Shown piece by piece: positions 61,716 to 64,000 of a stretch of 64,000 nt of DNA. The position numbers and the translations under genes were made by a program. Source of the DNA: a virus (taxonomy: Duplodnaviria; Heunggongvirae; Uroviricota; Caudoviricetes); the IMG/VR virus record IMGVR_UViG_3300022660_000042. One strand, written 5' to 3'. The notes under the pieces are model-generated. The model ran no database searches. It was given only the letters and a program-made list of their open reading frames with translations, and was not told where the DNA came from. Numbering within the stretch: the stretch's first letter is position 1; every line of letters begins with the position of its first letter.

Positions 61716-62815
61716 TATGCTTCTCCTCGATTCATGTTCTTCTTAATAATCATTGTGTTAACCTTGACTTCCTTCGGTTCACCGAATTCGCCAATGATAT
61801 TTTCATCATCGATTTCATCAAGGAAGTTCTGACAGTCGGCAACAGTTTCGAAATTCAAGAACACATTGCCCTTCTGAGAACCACGACCATACAAGAAGTG
61901 ACCAACGTCTTCAGCTTTCTTATTGATTGCTGCAAAGAGTTTATTAAGTTCTTCGCCGATACCAGACAAGTCGATATTCGGATTTTCTTTACGCTTTGCT
62001 TCGATAAATTCTTCAATATCACTATCGGAAAGCTTCCAAACAATACGTCCAATCTTTCTATCGTTACCATAGCGGTTATTCTTTACTGCATCCATAATTT
62101 CATCTTTGATTTTGTCAAAGATAACTTCGGAACTCTTGTCAGTAAACTTAGCCTTTTCAATGGTCTTACTCTGCTTCCAACCGCGGTTTTCACTTTCAAC
62201 CTTGTCGTAAACAATTCCCTTACGGCGAGTACATTTTTCAATTTTAATCATCGCCTTAAGAGTATCTTCCGAAACTTCAAGAATCTTCTGTTCGAACAAC
62301 TTTTCATTCATGAAATCTTCAGCATGGTCCTTGGAATCATAATACATGTACAAATGACCGTCCTGAACCCAAGAATACTTATAGCCCTTGATAGCGTCAG
62401 TGTAAAGTTTTTCGTCTTCATCACTTCCGGGATTAGTATCTGGACTATCGTATTTTGTATTGGCACCACGAGCAAATCCGACAATTTTATCGATTGTGCT
62501 ATTGACTGTATCTGTAATAGTCTTTATAATTTCAGTCTTAGCATTGTCAATATCGTCGCTGTTTTTGCTGTCCTTAAGTGTCATAGCACACTTTTCGATA
62601 AGGCCTTGACGGAAATTACGATTACTGAAATCGAAATTCAAACGCCAAAGTTCAATCTTTTCATCCGAAAGATTACCGGTAAGGTGCTTCTTTGTATTAT
62701 GCCAGCTTTTCTTAAAAATATCACCAATGCCTTCGTCAAGCTGAAGGTCGTAGGTATAATTACCCTTTAGCTTTTCTTTCGCTAAATACTGTGAAAATGT
62801 TGTATCTTTATTCAT
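61715..62815 (-). CDS. hypothetical protein
   Basis: 366-aa ORF. Confidence 0.5.
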   Translation of the reverse strand: MNKDTTFSQYLAKEKLKGNYTYDLQLDEGIGDIFKKSWHNTKKHLTGNLSDEKIELWRLNFDFSNRNFRQGLIEKCAMTLKDSKNSDDIDNAKTEIIKTITDTVNSTIDKIVGFARGANTKYDSPDTNPGSDEDEKLYTDAIKGYKYSWVQDGHLYMYYDSKDHAEDFMNEKLFEQKILEVSEDTLKAMIKIEKCTRRKGIVYDKVESENRGWKQSKTIEKAKFTDKSSEVIFDKIKDEIMDAVKNNRYGNDRKIGRIVWKLSDSDIEEFIEAKRKENPNIDLSGIGEELNKLFAAINKKAEDVGHFLYGRGSQKGNVFLNFETVADCQNFLDEIDDENIIGEFGEPKEVKVNTMIIKKNMNRGEA

Positions 62816-62847
62816 TCCGGAATTCCTTTTAAAATCTTTTATATTAT

Positions 62848-63210
62848 TTATAAAGATTCAAAAGTTTCGAGATCCTTGGCGAAATGCTTACGGTTAGCCT
62901 TAATCCAGGATTTTATATCCTGAAGTGCCCTGTGCATATCGTTCCAATCGATAGTTGTACCCTTTGGGACATCCTCTTCACGAATATCCATAGCCCAATT
63001 ACCGGAATTGAACCTAAATGTATGATTATCAAGACTATCAGAAATACGGTCACACTCTTCAAGAGCCCAATCCGGGTATCTCTTGACAGTATCGACACAA
63101 AGTTTCAGAAGTGGGTTAAAAGTCGGCATCTGAAGGATGTTTTCCATAGTTCTAAAGCCAGTGAACTTTGCAATAGTGTAAAATCTTAGAATTTGTACAA
63201 TCGGTCTCAT
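62848..63210 (-). CDS. hypothetical protein
   Basis: 120-aa ORF. Confidence 0.45.
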   Translation of the reverse strand: MRPIVQILRFYTIAKFTGFRTMENILQMPTFNPLLKLCVDTVKRYPDWALEECDRISDSLDNHTFRFNSGNWAMDIREEDVPKGTTIDWNDMHRALQDIKSWIKANRKHFAKDLETFESL

Positions 63211-63237
63211 TTTAATTTCTCCTATAAAAATAAATGA

Positions 63238-63261
63238 AAGCCTAATTTGAAAATTAGGCTT
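63238..63261. terminator. rho-independent terminator hairpin
   Basis: AAGCCTAATTT-tgaa-AATTAGGCTT followed by CTTT. Confidence 0.6.
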
Positions 63262-63292
63262 CTTTAACGTTATGTCTTATTATATATGAAAA

Positions 63293-63985
63293 TTAATCCT
63301 GGATTTTTGTCGCTGTAAAGTTATGTTTTTTGAGGACCAAAAGAGCTTCTTCCAGATTTTTATCCATTTCTTCGGATTTGTCTTCTTGTTCTGGTTGTTC
63401 CTTAGTTTCTTCTTCCTTTTCTTCAGCAATTGGACTGTCTACAGGCATTATATAAGTAATAGCCTCATCCCAAGACATACCCTTATATTTTGAATCTGGT
63501 TCAAAATATGTGGACTGATTTTCTTTACCAAGGTCTGCACGATAAACGAGCTTCGCACCGTCGGCATATTCAAGGAAGTTGTTTCCGTCGACTAACTTAC
63601 CCTTTCCAATAACACCGTTAGTGACCTTTGCATTTGCAACATCTTCAACATCGGATTTCATTCCAGCTGCAAACTGCTTAAATCTTCCAAGAATTTCTTC
63701 AGCCTTTTCGATACCTGCCGTTATACGAGAATTGATAGCTGACATATTCGGAGATTCCTTTGCGTTTCCAGAAGTATTAAGGAAAAGGACTGCCGCGACG
63801 ATAGTGCTCAAGAGAATCTGTGTAAGATTGTTATCTACATTAGAATTCTGAATTTCCTGTTTAATATCACCGGCATCAGACATAAGCTGTTCTTTTTCGT
63901 TTTCGGTTTTTGCGCCTTTTGCAAAATTTACAAATGTCTTAACCTTGTTAAATAGATTGTCTAGTTTCTGTGCTTCGTTAATCAT
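63293..63985 (-). CDS. hypothetical protein
   Basis: 230-aa ORF. Confidence 0.5.
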   Translation of the reverse strand: MINEAQKLDNLFNKVKTFVNFAKGAKTENEKEQLMSDAGDIKQEIQNSNVDNNLTQILLSTIVAAVLFLNTSGNAKESPNMSAINSRITAGIEKAEEILGRFKQFAAGMKSDVEDVANAKVTNGVIGKGKLVDGNNFLEYADGAKLVYRADLGKENQSTYFEPDSKYKGMSWDEAITYIMPVDSPIAEEKEEETKEQPEQEDKSEEMDKNLEEALLVLKKHNFTATKIQD

Positions 63986-64000
63986 ATCTTATTTATAAAT

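Noticed and set aside
1-64000. CRISPR array, integrase/transposase, rRNA, prophage attachment sites
   Set aside because: There are no direct-repeat/spacer arrays, no tyrosine or serine recombinase or DDE motifs, and no rRNA-like conserved stretches. The acidic-protein DNA repeats are coding tandem repeats, not CRISPR.

Overview
This window looks like an AT-rich, densely packed segment of a large lytic dsDNA phage genome with a T4-like replication and nucleotide-metabolism gene set. Recognisable genes include a UvsX recombinase, a family-B DNA polymerase split into two adjacent genes, two tandem gp31/GroES-like co-chaperonins, RNase H/FEN, dCMP deaminase, DHFR with an overlapping HNH endonuclease, ClpP-like protease, IF-1, an SpoVG homolog, a Pnk-like kinase plus Rnl1-like RNA ligase plus metallophosphoesterase plus CCA-adding enzyme (RNA repair), a NadM-Nudix NAD salvage enzyme, an NAD-dependent DNA ligase, a patatin-like phospholipase, a flotillin/LemA membrane module, an M16 peptidase, an SprT-like peptidase and an MFS transporter. 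Almost every gene is on the minus strand; the only convincing plus-strand gene is the CCA-adding enzyme, which converges on a bidirectional terminator. I found no rRNA, clear tRNA, CRISPR array, integrase or transposase. The recurrent intergenic signal is a sigma70-type promoter (TTGAC[A/G]-17 nt-TATATT on the coding strand). Its -35 and spacer are often embedded in a GNRA-tetraloop hairpin followed by a T-run, so the same element can act as terminator and promoter. Several genes sit 6-9 nt downstream of the -10, which suggests leaderless transcripts. The most unusual regions are: (i) a gamma-class N6-adenine methyltransferase gene interrupted between motifs III and IV by a cassette of three tandem paralogous small ORFs; (ii) directly upstream, an alternating tandem array of two novel paralog families (X-Y-X-Y-X); (iii) a zinc-ribbon ORF and a repeat-containing ORF separated only by one in-frame TAA; (iv) a GC-rich ~400 nt noncoding stretch that may be a structured RNA. 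Host inference (sigma70-like promoters, Shine-Dalgarno sequences such as AAGGAG) points away from Bacteroidota, but this is inference only.
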